Shown here one piece after another: positions 53,326 through 62,655 of a stretch of 64,000 bases of DNA (positions are counted from its first letter, which is position 1; each line of letters starts with the position of its first letter). Source of the stretch: Acidobacteriota bacterium. Lineage in GTDB: Bacteria; Acidobacteriota; Thermoanaerobaculia; Gp7-AA8. The stretch spans positions 480,001 through 544,000 of the forward strand of contig JAFATB010000006.1 in the NCBI GenBank assembly GCA_019244185.1. Reading direction: 5' to 3'. The notes below the pieces were generated by a model. It ran no database searches and had not been told where the DNA came from. It was given only the letters and a program-made list of their open reading frames with translations. The position numbers and the translations under genes are program-made.

Positions 53326-54009
53326 TCAGAGCGGCGCCGGTGGATCGTAACGATAGCCGAAGCCGACGATCGTGGAGATCCGTTCCGTGCCGATCTTCTT
53401 CCGGATGTTGCGGATGTGCGCGTCCACGGTCCGCGTCTCGATCTCATCCGACATCTGCCACACCTCGGACAAGATGCGGTCGCGCGACACCACCGAGCCG
53501 CGATGCTGCACGAGAAGCCACAGCAGCTCGAACTCCTTCTTGGCCAGCTTCACCTCGCGGCCGTAGCGGAAGACGCGGAACGCTTTCTCGTCGATCTTCA
53601 GCTCCGCGTCCTCGTAGAAGCTCGGCTCTTCCGCGGGCGGCCGCGTTCTGCGCCACACCGCGGCCACGCGCGCGACGAGCTCGCGGATGCTGAACGGCTT
53701 CGTGAGGTAATCGTCGGCGCCGAGCTCGAGTCCCGTGACGCGGTCGCGCTCCGAGCCGCGCGCGGTGAGCATGAGGATCGGGATGCGCTGCGTGGCCGGA
53801 TCGCGGCGCAGCTCGCGGCAGAGCGTGAGGCCGTCGAGATCGGGAAGGTTGAGATCGAGAATCACGAAGTCGGCGCTGCCGCGCTGCACCGCGGCGAGCC
53901 CGTCCTGCCCGCGCGCGAAGTGCGCGACCTTGTAGCCTTCGCGCTCCAGATTCAGGCGCACGGTGAAGGCGATGTCGTTGTCGTCCTCGATCAGTGCGAT
54001 GCGTTTCAT
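53326..54009 (-). CDS. PhoB/PhoP-like OmpR-family response regulator
   Basis: LDLNLP, GADDYLTKPF, TRTVDAHI. Lies in the pst-phoU operon. Confidence 0.88.
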   Translation of the reverse strand: MKRIALIEDDNDIAFTVRLNLEREGYKVAHFARGQDGLAAVQRGSADFVILDLNLPDLDGLTLCRELRRDPATQRIPILMLTARGSERDRVTGLELGADDYLTKPFSIRELVARVAAVWRRTRPPAEEPSFYEDAELKIDEKAFRVFRYGREVKLAKKEFELLWLLVQHRGSVVSRDRILSEVWQMSDEIETRTVDAHIRNIRKKIGTERISTIVGFGYRYDPPAPL

Positions 54010-54677
54010 TCGGCGCCGTGCAGCGATGCCCCGTGTTTGATGACTTTGCCTTCGACGAGATAGACCACCATCTCGCAGATGTTCGTCGCGCCGTCGGCCA
54101 TCCGCTCGAAGTACTTGCCGATGAACGTGAGGCGGATGGCGCGCGAGATGTTGCGCGGATCTTCGAGCATGTACGTGAGCAGCTCGCGGAACGACTGCTC
54201 GGTGAGGTGGTCGACGTTGTCGTCCTGCGCGATGACCTGCCGCGCGAGGTTCGCGTCGCCGCGGACGAATGCGTCGAGCGACTGCCGCACCATCCTCTGC
54301 GCGTCGTGCGCGAGGCGCGGGATGTCGACCATCGGCTTGAGCTGTGGCTCGCGATTGAGCTCCGTGACGCGCTCGCAGACGTCCTGCGCGAGGTCGGCGA
54401 TGCGCTCGAGCTCCGGCGTGATCTTCATGATCGTGGCGACGAAGCGGAGGTCCGTCGCCGCCGGCTGCATCTTCGCGATCAGCTCGATCGTCTTCTGATC
54501 GATCTCCACTTCCATGCGGTCGATCTCGTCGTCGCGCGCGATGACTTCTTCGGCGAGGTCGGTGTCGCGCTCCATGAGCGCGCGGATGGACTGGCTGATC
54601 GTGTCCTCGACCATCGCTCCCATACGCAGGAGCAGGTCTTTGATCTCTTCGATGTCGCGGTCGAAATGGCGCTGCAT
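54006..54677 (-). CDS. phoU: Phosphate signalling protein PhoU
   Basis: QPAATDLR, ELERIAD, ERMADGATNICE. Confidence 0.95.
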   Translation of the reverse strand: MQRHFDRDIEEIKDLLLRMGAMVEDTISQSIRALMERDTDLAEEVIARDDEIDRMEVEIDQKTIELIAKMQPAATDLRFVATIMKITPELERIADLAQDVCERVTELNREPQLKPMVDIPRLAHDAQRMVRQSLDAFVRGDANLARQVIAQDDNVDHLTEQSFRELLTYMLEDPRNISRAIRLTFIGKYFERMADGATNICEMVVYLVEGKVIKHGASLHGAE

Positions 54678-54691
54678 GCGCGTCGTTCTCC

Positions 54692-55522
54692 TCAGCCGAA
54701 GCGGCCGGTCACGTAGTCTTCCGTCATCTGCTCGCGTGGGTTCATGAAGATGGTTTTGGTCTCGCTGTATTCGACGAGACGCCCGAGCATGAAGAACGCG
54801 GTGCGGTCGGAGACGCGCGCCGCCTGCTGCATGTTGTGCGTGACGATGACGATCGTGTAGTTGTCCTTGAGCTCGTAGATCAGCTCTTCGATCTTCTGCG
54901 TCGCGATCGGATCGAGCGCCGACGCCGGCTCGTCCATGAGCAGGATCTCCGGATTCACGGCCAGCGCGCGGGCGATGCAGAGGCGCTGCTGCTGGCCGCC
55001 CGACAGCGCGCTCGCGCTCGCGCCGAGGCGGTCTTTCACTTCCTCCCACAACGCGGCGCGGCGCAGCGACTTCTCGACGATCTCGTCCATCGACGCGCGG
55101 TGATGCAGGCCGCCGATGCGCAGGCCGTACGCGACGTTCTCGTAGATCGACTTCGGGAACGGATTCGATTTCTGGAACACCATGCCCACGCGGCGGCGCA
55201 GCTGCACGACGTCGACGCCGGGATCGTTGACGTTGCGGCCGTCGATCTCGATGACGCCTTCCGCGCGCGCGCCGGGGATGATGTCGTTCATCCGATTGAG
55301 CGAGCGCAGGAACGTCGACTTGCCGCAGCCCGACGGGCCGATCAGCGCGGTGACCTGCTTCTCCGGAATGGAGAGATTGATGTCGTGCAGCACGTGTGCG
55401 GTGCCGTAGAAAAAGTTCACGCCGCGCGCGTCGATCTTCGGCGGCACGACCGCATCGGGCGGCAGCTGCAGATCGCGCGAGCGCGTGTTGCTGAGGTCCA
55501 TCGTGATCGTGGTCATGGTCAT
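54692..55522 (-). CDS. pstB: Phosphate ABC ATPase
   Basis: [39 protein letters not shown]. Confidence 0.96.
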   Translation of the reverse strand: MTMTTITMDLSNTRSRDLQLPPDAVVPPKIDARGVNFFYGTAHVLHDINLSIPEKQVTALIGPSGCGKSTFLRSLNRMNDIIPGARAEGVIEIDGRNVNDPGVDVVQLRRRVGMVFQKSNPFPKSIYENVAYGLRIGGLHHRASMDEIVEKSLRRAALWEEVKDRLGASASALSGGQQQRLCIARALAVNPEILLMDEPASALDPIATQKIEELIYELKDNYTIVIVTHNMQQAARVSDRTAFFMLGRLVEYSETKTIFMNPREQMTEDYVTGRFG

Positions 55523-56544
55523 CGTCCTCCGAGCCGCGCGCGCGTGCGCGACCGGATCAGCACGCCGGTGAGGTTGAGCAGGAACGTGAGCCCGAGCAGC
55601 ACGAAGACGGTGCCGTAGAGCAGCGGCTCGGTGGCGTCGACGTCGGGCGACTGCGTCGAGAGGATCAGCACGTGATAGCCGAGGTGCATGAACTGATCGG
55701 TCACGTGATGCGGAAGGAACGGCAGGTAATACGCCGCGCCCGTGAAGAGGATCGGCGCGACTTCGCCCGCGCCGCGCGAGACGCCGAGGATCGCGCCGGT
55801 GAGAATGCCCGGCAGCGACGCCGGCAGCACGATCCGGCGGATCGTTTCCCAACGCGTGGCGCCGAGCGCGAGCGACGCTTCGCGTTGCTCCGGCGGCACG
55901 GTGCGCAGCGCTTCTTCCGTCGCCACGATGACGGTCGGCAGCGTGAGCAGCGCGAGCGTCATCGCCGCCCAGATCAGCGAGCCCTGGCCCCACACGATCT
56001 CGCCCGGCGGCTGCGTCCAGCGATCGAGCGCGCGTCCGACGAACTGGATGAAGAAGCCGAGGCCGAAGAGTCCGAAGACGATCGACGGCACGCCCGCGAG
56101 ATTCGCAACGGCGCTGCGCACGATCGTCGCGAGACCCGCGGACAGCACGCGGCGGAACAGCGCCACGCGTCCCTTCTGCCCTTTCGACGCGGCATAGCGG
56201 CCCCACGCGAGGCGCGGACCTTCGCGAGGCGTGTACTCGTGCAGATAGACCGCGGTCGCGACGCCGAACGGCACCGCGACGATGGTCATCAGCAACACGA
56301 GCGCCGCGGTGCCGACGATCGCGGGATAGATGCCGCCGCCGGTCAGCCCCTCGCGCGGCGGCTGCGTGAGAAACGTCCAGCTGATCTGCCCCGCGCCGCG
56401 CACGGCGACCACGCCGAGGATCACGACGAGAATGCCGAGCGTGAGCAGGATGCTGAAGCCGAGCAGACCGACGAGCAGACGATCCTTCAGCGCGCGGCTG
56501 CGCGCCGTCGCGGGCATGGCGATCAGCGGTTGGGCGACGCTCAC
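55519..56544 (-). CDS. pstA: Phosphate ABC permease PstA
   Basis: [37 protein letters not shown]. Confidence 0.93.
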   Translation of the reverse strand: MSVAQPLIAMPATARSRALKDRLLVGLLGFSILLTLGILVVILGVVAVRGAGQISWTFLTQPPREGLTGGGIYPAIVGTAALVLLMTIVAVPFGVATAVYLHEYTPREGPRLAWGRYAASKGQKGRVALFRRVLSAGLATIVRSAVANLAGVPSIVFGLFGLGFFIQFVGRALDRWTQPPGEIVWGQGSLIWAAMTLALLTLPTVIVATEEALRTVPPEQREASLALGATRWETIRRIVLPASLPGILTGAILGVSRGAGEVAPILFTGAAYYLPFLPHHVTDQFMHLGYHVLILSTQSPDVDATEPLLYGTVFVLLGLTFLLNLTGVLIRSRTRARLGGR

Positions 56545-57491
56545 GCCGCGTCTCCCTGCATCCGCCGGCGCATCTTCGCGATGATCAGATTGCCGAGCGA
56601 GTTGCTGATGAAGGTGATGGCGAAGAGCAGCGTTCCGATGAAGAAGAGCGCCGCGTAGTGCGCGCTCCCGAAGACGACTTCGCCGAGTTCCGCGGCGATC
56701 GTGGCCGAGAGCGTGCGCAGCGGATCGTTGAGGCTGAACGACGCGATCGCGGCGTTGCCGCCCGCCATGAGCAGGATCATCGTCTCGCCGATTGCGCGTC
56801 CGAACGCGAGCACGAACGCGGCGAAGACCGCCGGCACCGCCGCCGGCAGCACGACCTTGATCGCAGTCTGCACGCGCGTCGCGCCGAGCGCCATCGACGC
56901 CTCGCGATAGCCGCGCGGCACCGCCGCCAACCCATCCTCCGAGATCGTGAAGATGATCGGCAGGAGCGCGATGCCGAGCGCGAGCCCCGCGTTGTACGCG
57001 TTGAGGCGATACGTGAAGTGAAACGCCGACTGCAGCCACGACGCGAGCACGAGCAGCGCGAAGAATCCCAGCACAACGGACGGAATCCCGGCCAGCAGTT
57101 CCACCACCGGCTTCACGATCTCGCGCATCCGCCGCGAGGCGAACTCCGACGAGAACAGCGCCGCGGCGACGCCGACCGGACACGCGAAGAGCAGCGCGAT
57201 GAAGGTCGACTTGAACGTGCCGAGGAGCAGCGGAATCATCGACATCTTCGGCTGCTCCGAGGTCGGCTGCCAGACGTAGCGCTCCTCGAAATGCTCGGCC
57301 GGCTTCGCGTTGACGAAGAACTGCGCGAGGTTCGCGTCCTTGCGCACTTCCGGATCGGTGAAGACCGGCAGCGCCTCTTTGAACGTGAAGAGGAAGATCA
57401 GGAAGATGAAGACGATGGCCACGGCGCCGGTCGACGAGAACAGCACCGTCATGAACGCGTCGACCCAGCGGCGCGCGCGGTCGCGGATCAT
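56541..57491 (-). CDS. pstC: Phosphate ABC permease PstC
   Basis: [26 protein letters not shown]. Confidence 0.93.
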   Translation of the reverse strand: MIRDRARRWVDAFMTVLFSSTGAVAIVFIFLIFLFTFKEALPVFTDPEVRKDANLAQFFVNAKPAEHFEERYVWQPTSEQPKMSMIPLLLGTFKSTFIALLFACPVGVAAALFSSEFASRRMREIVKPVVELLAGIPSVVLGFFALLVLASWLQSAFHFTYRLNAYNAGLALGIALLPIIFTISEDGLAAVPRGYREASMALGATRVQTAIKVVLPAAVPAVFAAFVLAFGRAIGETMILLMAGGNAAIASFSLNDPLRTLSATIAAELGEVVFGSAHYAALFFIGTLLFAITFISNSLGNLIIAKMRRRMQGDAA

Positions 57492-58453
57492 TTGGTCGTC
57501 GTCCCCGCGGTCGAACCGCCGGCGGTGTCGCTGAGCGGGAAGTAGCCGACCTGTTTGACCAGCGCCTGCGCGTCCGGCGTCAGCGTCCAGCGCACGTACT
57601 TCGTCACGCGCTCCGGCGAGTTGTCGAAGGCGTAGTAGAAGAGCTTGCGGCTGAGCGGATACGTGCCGTCGGCGACGGTCGCTTCCGACGGCGCGACGGC
57701 CGGCGTCGCGGCATCTTTACGGAGTGCGATCGCGCGCACGCCTTTGCTGTACGCGATCCCGCCGTATCCGATGCCGTTCGCGTCGCGTCCGACCGCGTTC
57801 ACGATGGCCGCGGTGCCCTGCAGCGTCTGCACGGTCGCGGCGAAGTCCGCCTTCTCCAGCACGTGCTCTCGGAAGTACTCGTACGTGCCGGACGAGTTCT
57901 CGCGGCCGTACAGGATGATCGGCGCGTCCTTGCCGCCGACGTCTTTCCAGTTGCGCGTCTTGCCGGTGAAGATCGCGGCCAGCTGCGGGATGGTCAACTC
58001 CTTGACCGGATTGCCTTCGTTGACGAAGACCGCCAGCGAGTCGAGCGCGACCGGCGTCTCGACGATTTTGCCGCCGCGCGCTTTCTCCGCCGCGGCGCGC
58101 TCTTCGTCTTTCATCGGACGCGACGCCTGCGCGAGGTCGACCGTGCCGTTGATCAGCGCCGCGATGCCGGTGCCCGAACCGCCGCCGTTGACCTGCACGC
58201 GGTCCGCCGGATTGCGCTTCATGTACTCCTCGGTCAGCCGCTGCGTGAGGATGACCATCGTGTCGGAGCCTTTGATCGTGAGCGGGCGCGACGACGCCGA
58301 TGACGTGGACGATGACGTTTGCGCGCTGCCAGCCGGCGTTTCCGAACGCCCGCACGCGACGAGACCTGCGGCGAGAAAAAGAGACAGCGCGAGCCTTGCA
58401 CGACGATTCAAACCAACGACCTCCGAGCGGCGTGATCTTAGGTTTCGGGTCAT
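57488..58453 (-). CDS. pstS: Phosphate-binding protein, lipoprotein form (true start may be later)
   Basis: Lipobox LVAC, KGSDT, GGGSGTG, RENSSGT. Confidence 0.9.
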   Translation of the reverse strand: MTRNLRSRRSEVVGLNRRARLALSLFLAAGLVACGRSETPAGSAQTSSSTSSASSRPLTIKGSDTMVILTQRLTEEYMKRNPADRVQVNGGGSGTGIAALINGTVDLAQASRPMKDEERAAAEKARGGKIVETPVALDSLAVFVNEGNPVKELTIPQLAAIFTGKTRNWKDVGGKDAPIILYGRENSSGTYEYFREHVLEKADFAATVQTLQGTAAIVNAVGRDANGIGYGGIAYSKGVRAIALRKDAATPAVAPSEATVADGTYPLSRKLFYYAFDNSPERVTKYVRWTLTPDAQALVKQVGYFPLSDTAGGSTAGTTTK

Positions 58454-58472
58454 GAAGAAGCTGAGCGATCGA

Positions 58473-58527
58473 TGTAAATTCGAGGCAAAGCCAGCGGCTA
58501 CTTGATCGCTACTTGATCGCTACTTGA
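58473..58527 (-). repeat. Three 11-bp tandem repeats at the pstS stop plus a second Pho-box-like pair
   Basis: GCTACTTGATC at 58497 and 58508, partial at 58519. TTTGCC-N5-TTTACA at 58473-58489. Confidence 0.7.
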
Positions 58528-59338
58528 CGGGGAAGTAGCCGACGTCGGTGACGACCTTCTGCCCTTCCGCGGAAAGGCACCAGTCGATGAAGCGCTTCGC
58601 ATCGCCGTTCGGCGCCGCGCGCAGGTAGAGGTAGAGATAGCGGCTGATCGGATACTGCCCCGCGCGCACGGTCTCGAGCGTCGGCACGTACGCGGCGCTC
58701 TTGTCGTCCTTCCGAACCTTCGCGAAATGCACGCCTTTCGCGTACGCGGAGCCGCCGTAGCCGATGCCGTTGACGTCCTTCGACACCGCGTTCACGACCG
58801 CGGCCGTGCCCTGCAGCGTCTGCGCGCGCGGCGAGTAGTCCTTGCCCATCAGCACGTTGTCTTTGAAGTAGGTGTACGTGCCGGACGAGTTCTCGCGGCT
58901 GTACAGGATGATCGGCGCGTCCTTGCCGCCGACGTCCTTCCAGTTCGTGATGCGCCCCGTGTAGATGTCGCGCAGCTGCGCGAGCGAGAGCTCCTGCACG
59001 GGGTTCGCCGCGTTGAGATAGATCGCGAGTCCGTCGCGCGCGATGGCGATGCCGACGCCGAGCGTGGCGAAGCGCGCCTTGAGCTTGTCGACCTCCGTCG
59101 ACTTGATCGGACGCGATGCCGCGGCGATGTCGGTCGTGCCGTTGATCAGCGCCGCCAGCCCCACGCCCGAGCCGCCGCCCGTGACCTGGATCTGCGCCTC
59201 GGGGTTCTTGCGCATGAATGTCTCGGCGAGCTTCGCGTTCATGATGACCATCGTGTCGGAGCCTTTGATCGTGACCGGCTTCGCGGCGAACGCCGAGCCG
59301 GCGGCGAGCAGGAGAAGTGCGATGAATGTTTTCTTCAT
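58520..59338 (-). CDS. pstS: Phosphate-binding protein, soluble periplasmic form
   Basis: Sec signal ending AFA, KGSDT, GGGSGVG, RENSSGT. Confidence 0.92.
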   Translation of the reverse strand: MKKTFIALLLLAAGSAFAAKPVTIKGSDTMVIMNAKLAETFMRKNPEAQIQVTGGGSGVGLAALINGTTDIAAASRPIKSTEVDKLKARFATLGVGIAIARDGLAIYLNAANPVQELSLAQLRDIYTGRITNWKDVGGKDAPIILYSRENSSGTYTYFKDNVLMGKDYSPRAQTLQGTAAVVNAVSKDVNGIGYGGSAYAKGVHFAKVRKDDKSAAYVPTLETVRAGQYPISRYLYLYLRAAPNGDAKRFIDWCLSAEGQKVVTDVGYFPVK

Positions 59339-59349
59339 GAGGACCTCGG

Positions 59350-60561
59350 TTAGAACTTGTACGCGTAGCGGAGGGTGAAGACGTTGTCGTCGGGATCGGC
59401 GAAGCCGCGCGTCTTCAGCCGCTCGTACGCGACCATGATTTTGCTGTTCTCGTCCCAGTGAAAAATGTAGGAGCCGCCGAGCGTGGCCACCTTCGCGTTC
59501 GCGGCGACGTGCGGCAGGTCGTGGCCGGAGTCGGGGTCGTACGCGTCGTAGCGAACCGCGAATTGGTGGTACGTGCCGACGTTTTGGATCGCGTAGAGGT
59601 AGTAGCCGGTGACGTCCGCCGCGAGCGCCGCGTTCGCGGCCGCGTTGGGCAGGGGCGGCTGTTTGCCGCGGATGTACTCGCCGCGCAATCCGAGTCCGCG
59701 GATCGGCGTCACGAGCTGAAAGTCGATCCCCTCGCGCTGCTTCGCGAACTCCTGCCCCGCGGTGTTCGACGCGACGGAGACGAGCTCCGCGCCGCGATAC
59801 CACGACACGCCGACGTCGAGCGGGCCGAACGAGCCGCCGACGCGGCCGACGAAGTCCTTGCGCTTGTTGAAGTCGAACGTCTGCAGCGTGCCGGTGCCGT
59901 TGACCAATGCGGCCTTGTAGTTGAAGCGGTCGCCGAATCCGAGGCCGGAGAGCTGCACGCCGCGGTCGCGTTCGGACGGAAACAGCGTCCGCGTGACGCG
60001 CGCGCGTTCCGGCAATTCGCGATCGCTCGACGAGTACGCGATCTCGAAGCCGAACGGCCAGTTGAACTGACCGGCCGTGACGGTGTGATGCCACTGCGTC
60101 CACGGCTCGGTGAACTCGACGTAACCGTCTTTTAGCGAAACGCCGGACGTCGCGACTTCCGGCTGCAGCACGAAGCGCGACGTCGGAGTGAGCTGATACG
60201 TGAACTTCACGCGCGCCTCGCGCACGGAGAACTGGTCTTTGTTGCGCGTCGCCGCGGCGCTGCTCAGCGCGTTGACCGACGACTCGTCATTGACGTACTG
60301 CGCGAGGATGTAGCCGGTGATGCGCATCTTCGAGAGCGCATCGACGCTGTTGTGCATCTCGGTGAACGCTTCCGTGAGCGCGTCGAGCTTGCTCGCCGTT
60401 TCCTCGAGCGTCGGCGCCGGCGGCTGCGCTGCCTCGGCTTCCTGCTGCGGCTGCGGCTGCGGTTCTTCCGTCGACGGCGGCGCGGGCGGAGTTTCCTGCG
60501 CACGCGCGGACAGGGTCACCAGTCCCACACCGAGGCAGAGAATCGCCATGACTCGTTTCAT
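59350..60561 (-). CDS. Outer-membrane porin (OprO/OprP-like)
   Basis: Signal peptide, coiled coil, GQF..PFGFE, RDRG, C-terminal YKF. Heads the pst operon. Confidence 0.8.
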   Translation of the reverse strand: MKRVMAILCLGVGLVTLSARAQETPPAPPSTEEPQPQPQQEAEAAQPPAPTLEETASKLDALTEAFTEMHNSVDALSKMRITGYILAQYVNDESSVNALSSAAATRNKDQFSVREARVKFTYQLTPTSRFVLQPEVATSGVSLKDGYVEFTEPWTQWHHTVTAGQFNWPFGFEIAYSSSDRELPERARVTRTLFPSERDRGVQLSGLGFGDRFNYKAALVNGTGTLQTFDFNKRKDFVGRVGGSFGPLDVGVSWYRGAELVSVASNTAGQEFAKQREGIDFQLVTPIRGLGLRGEYIRGKQPPLPNAAANAALAADVTGYYLYAIQNVGTYHQFAVRYDAYDPDSGHDLPHVAANAKVATLGGSYIFHWDENSKIMVAYERLKTRGFADPDDNVFTLRYAYKF

Positions 60562-60600
60562 TCGTACTCCTTCGCTTTCGTGCAGGCCGGGAACGCACGC

Positions 60601-60655
60601 AGTCTAGGAGTCGCGGTGTGAAGGAATCTCGGGAGTCGTGTAAAGAGCGGGTAAA
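60601..60655 (-). promoter_or_regulatory. Pho-box-like 11-bp-phased repeats with a -10 element
   Basis: TTTACC (60650), TTTACA (60639), degenerate site (60628), TTCACA (60617), then TAGACT (60601-60606). Confidence 0.7.
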
Positions 60656-61566
60656 GAACAGGCGAAGGGCTCGCGGGCCGCGTCCGCGCAAACGGCGCGC
60701 TCGCGGGCCGCTTCTTCCGGCTTTTGCAGAGAGTCGAGAGCGTCGGCGAGGGCGAGGCGCGCGCGCGTGCACAGAGGATCGAGTTGCAAGGCGCGGCGAA
60801 GGCAGGACTCGCTTTTCCGTGAATCCGACTCGAGCAGCGCGACGAGGCCGAGCGCGGCCCACGCGTCGGCGAGCATGCGGTCGCGGCGCAGTGCCGCGGT
60901 GGCGGCTTCGGTGACGCTCGCGAGCTCGCGCGCATCGCGCCGCCCGTCGGCGATCAGCAGTGCGAGCGCGAACGCGCGCGCGGCCGCGGCGGAGACGAGC
61001 ATCGGCGCGAGCACCGCCGCGCGCTCGTACAGGCGCGCGGCGCGCGGCAGCGCATCATCGGCGCCGAACCAGTCGAGCGAGCGCGCCGCGGCGTACGCGC
61101 AGAAGGCGTCCCACGCGTGCGCGGACGCCGGCGCAAGACGCCGGCCGATGCTGCCGCCGCGCACGATCGCGTCGCACACGCGCTCGGCGATGCCGCGCGC
61201 GACGTGCAGGATGTCGTGGCAGTGCACCGCGTAGCGATCCGTCCACAGCTCGCGTTCGGTCAGCGGATCGACGAGCAGCGCGACCACGGTGAGCGCGTCG
61301 CCTTCGACGTGCAGCGTGCCGGTGAGCACCGCGTCGACGCCGGAGCGGCGGCCGACTTCTTCCGGCGTGTCGTCGCAGGGCGCGAGCGACTGGCGGCCGG
61401 GCACGACGCGCAGCGATGCGACGCCGCGCAGCTGCTCGATGAGCAGCACCGCGAAGCCGAACCCGAGCTCGTCGTTCGTATCGGCTGAATCAAAACGGGC
61501 GACGGCCACCGACGTCACGTGCAGGCACGCGTTCGACATCGATGGCCGCCGCCGGGGGAGTCGCAT
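60604..61566 (-). CDS. Stand-alone TolB-N-like + TPR protein
   Basis: SVAVARF...LRVV...VDAVLTGT...LWTDRY followed by TPRs (LRRALQLDP). No kinase, cyclase or HTH domain. Confidence 0.6.
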   Translation of the reverse strand: MRLPRRRPSMSNACLHVTSVAVARFDSADTNDELGFGFAVLLIEQLRGVASLRVVPGRQSLAPCDDTPEEVGRRSGVDAVLTGTLHVEGDALTVVALLVDPLTERELWTDRYAVHCHDILHVARGIAERVCDAIVRGGSIGRRLAPASAHAWDAFCAYAAARSLDWFGADDALPRAARLYERAAVLAPMLVSAAAARAFALALLIADGRRDARELASVTEAATAALRRDRMLADAWAALGLVALLESDSRKSESCLRRALQLDPLCTRARLALADALDSLQKPEEAARERAVCADAAREPFACSLPALYTTPEIPSHRDS

Positions 61567-62634
61567 TTACTGGTTGAGCACCGCGTCGCCGGTCACGTTG
61601 TCCGTGACGGCGCCGTAGACGAGGAGCGGCCCCGTGGCCGACCAGGTGATGAAGTAGTCGTCCTGCGTCTGGCTCGCGGTCGGCACGCTGGAGATCAGCG
61701 AGAACGCCGGCTGCTGCGTCATCGCGTAGCCGGGAATCGTGATCGTGTCGCTGCCGAGGATCACGCCGTTCGCGGCGTGCGCGACGAACGTCGCGGTGAC
61801 CGCGGTCGCGCCCGGGTTGAAGTAGCCGACGTTCGTGCGGTAGTCGGCATTGCTCGAGAGGAACGAGATCGTGCCGCTGGTGTCGCCGGCCGGCTGCGCG
61901 CTGTACGAGAACCCGGCGGTGCCGTGGCCCGCGGCGCGCTGGTCGTTGATGACGCGCGCGCTGACGTCGACGTTCTGGTCGGACGTGATGCGCAGGCCAC
62001 CGAGACCGCTGGTGATGCCGAGCGTCGTGCCGGCCATGTCGTTGAGCACCTTCTGCTCGCCCGGCACGACCGTGATCGTCTTCGTGACCGTCGGTGCGCC
62101 GTTGCCCTCCGCGCTCTGCGCGAAGTAGTCGAGCGTCACGTTGGCGACGCTGCCGCCGTTGTTGACGATGCGCATGTCGGTGACGAAGTTCGTGTTGTTG
62201 ATGCCGCCGACCTTACCGACCACCGGCATGTACGAGACGCGCGAGCCTTCGCCTTCCGTCGAGCGCGCGAGCGGGCCGATGAGCGCGCCGTTCGGGAACT
62301 CGCTCGTGCGGATCTTGATCGCGTAACCAAAGGGATTGGCTGCGATCTGATTCGCGAGCGTCGTGGAGATCGTCGTGGTGCCGTTCGACAGCGTGGCCGG
62401 GTTCAGCGACACGACCGAGTTCTCGGACGCGTCGACGATGTCGGCCTGCGTCACGGTGGCGGTGTTCTGCGTGAGCACCGAGTAGTGCAGCGTCGTGCCG
62501 TCGATGGTGATGACGGCGAAACCGCTGCCGCTGGCGCCGCCGATGGGGGTGAGGATGGCGCTGAAGGAGGTCGCGGCGAACGCGGCGACCGGCATCAGCA
62601 CGAGCAGGAACAGCAATGCAGTGAGGCGTTTCAT
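61567..62634 (-). CDS. Secreted CHRD-like domain protein with a beta-rich C-terminal domain
   Basis: Signal peptide ending AFA. GSGFA...ANP.GY...EFPNGALIGPL. Confidence 0.7.
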   Translation of the reverse strand: MKRLTALLFLLVLMPVAAFAATSFSAILTPIGGASGSGFAVITIDGTTLHYSVLTQNTATVTQADIVDASENSVVSLNPATLSNGTTTISTTLANQIAANPFGYAIKIRTSEFPNGALIGPLARSTEGEGSRVSYMPVVGKVGGINNTNFVTDMRIVNNGGSVANVTLDYFAQSAEGNGAPTVTKTITVVPGEQKVLNDMAGTTLGITSGLGGLRITSDQNVDVSARVINDQRAAGHGTAGFSYSAQPAGDTSGTISFLSSNADYRTNVGYFNPGATAVTATFVAHAANGVILGSDTITIPGYAMTQQPAFSLISSVPTASQTQDDYFITWSATGPLLVYGAVTDNVTGDAVLNQ

Positions 62635-62655
62635 CGTGATGTCTCCTCGGATGTC

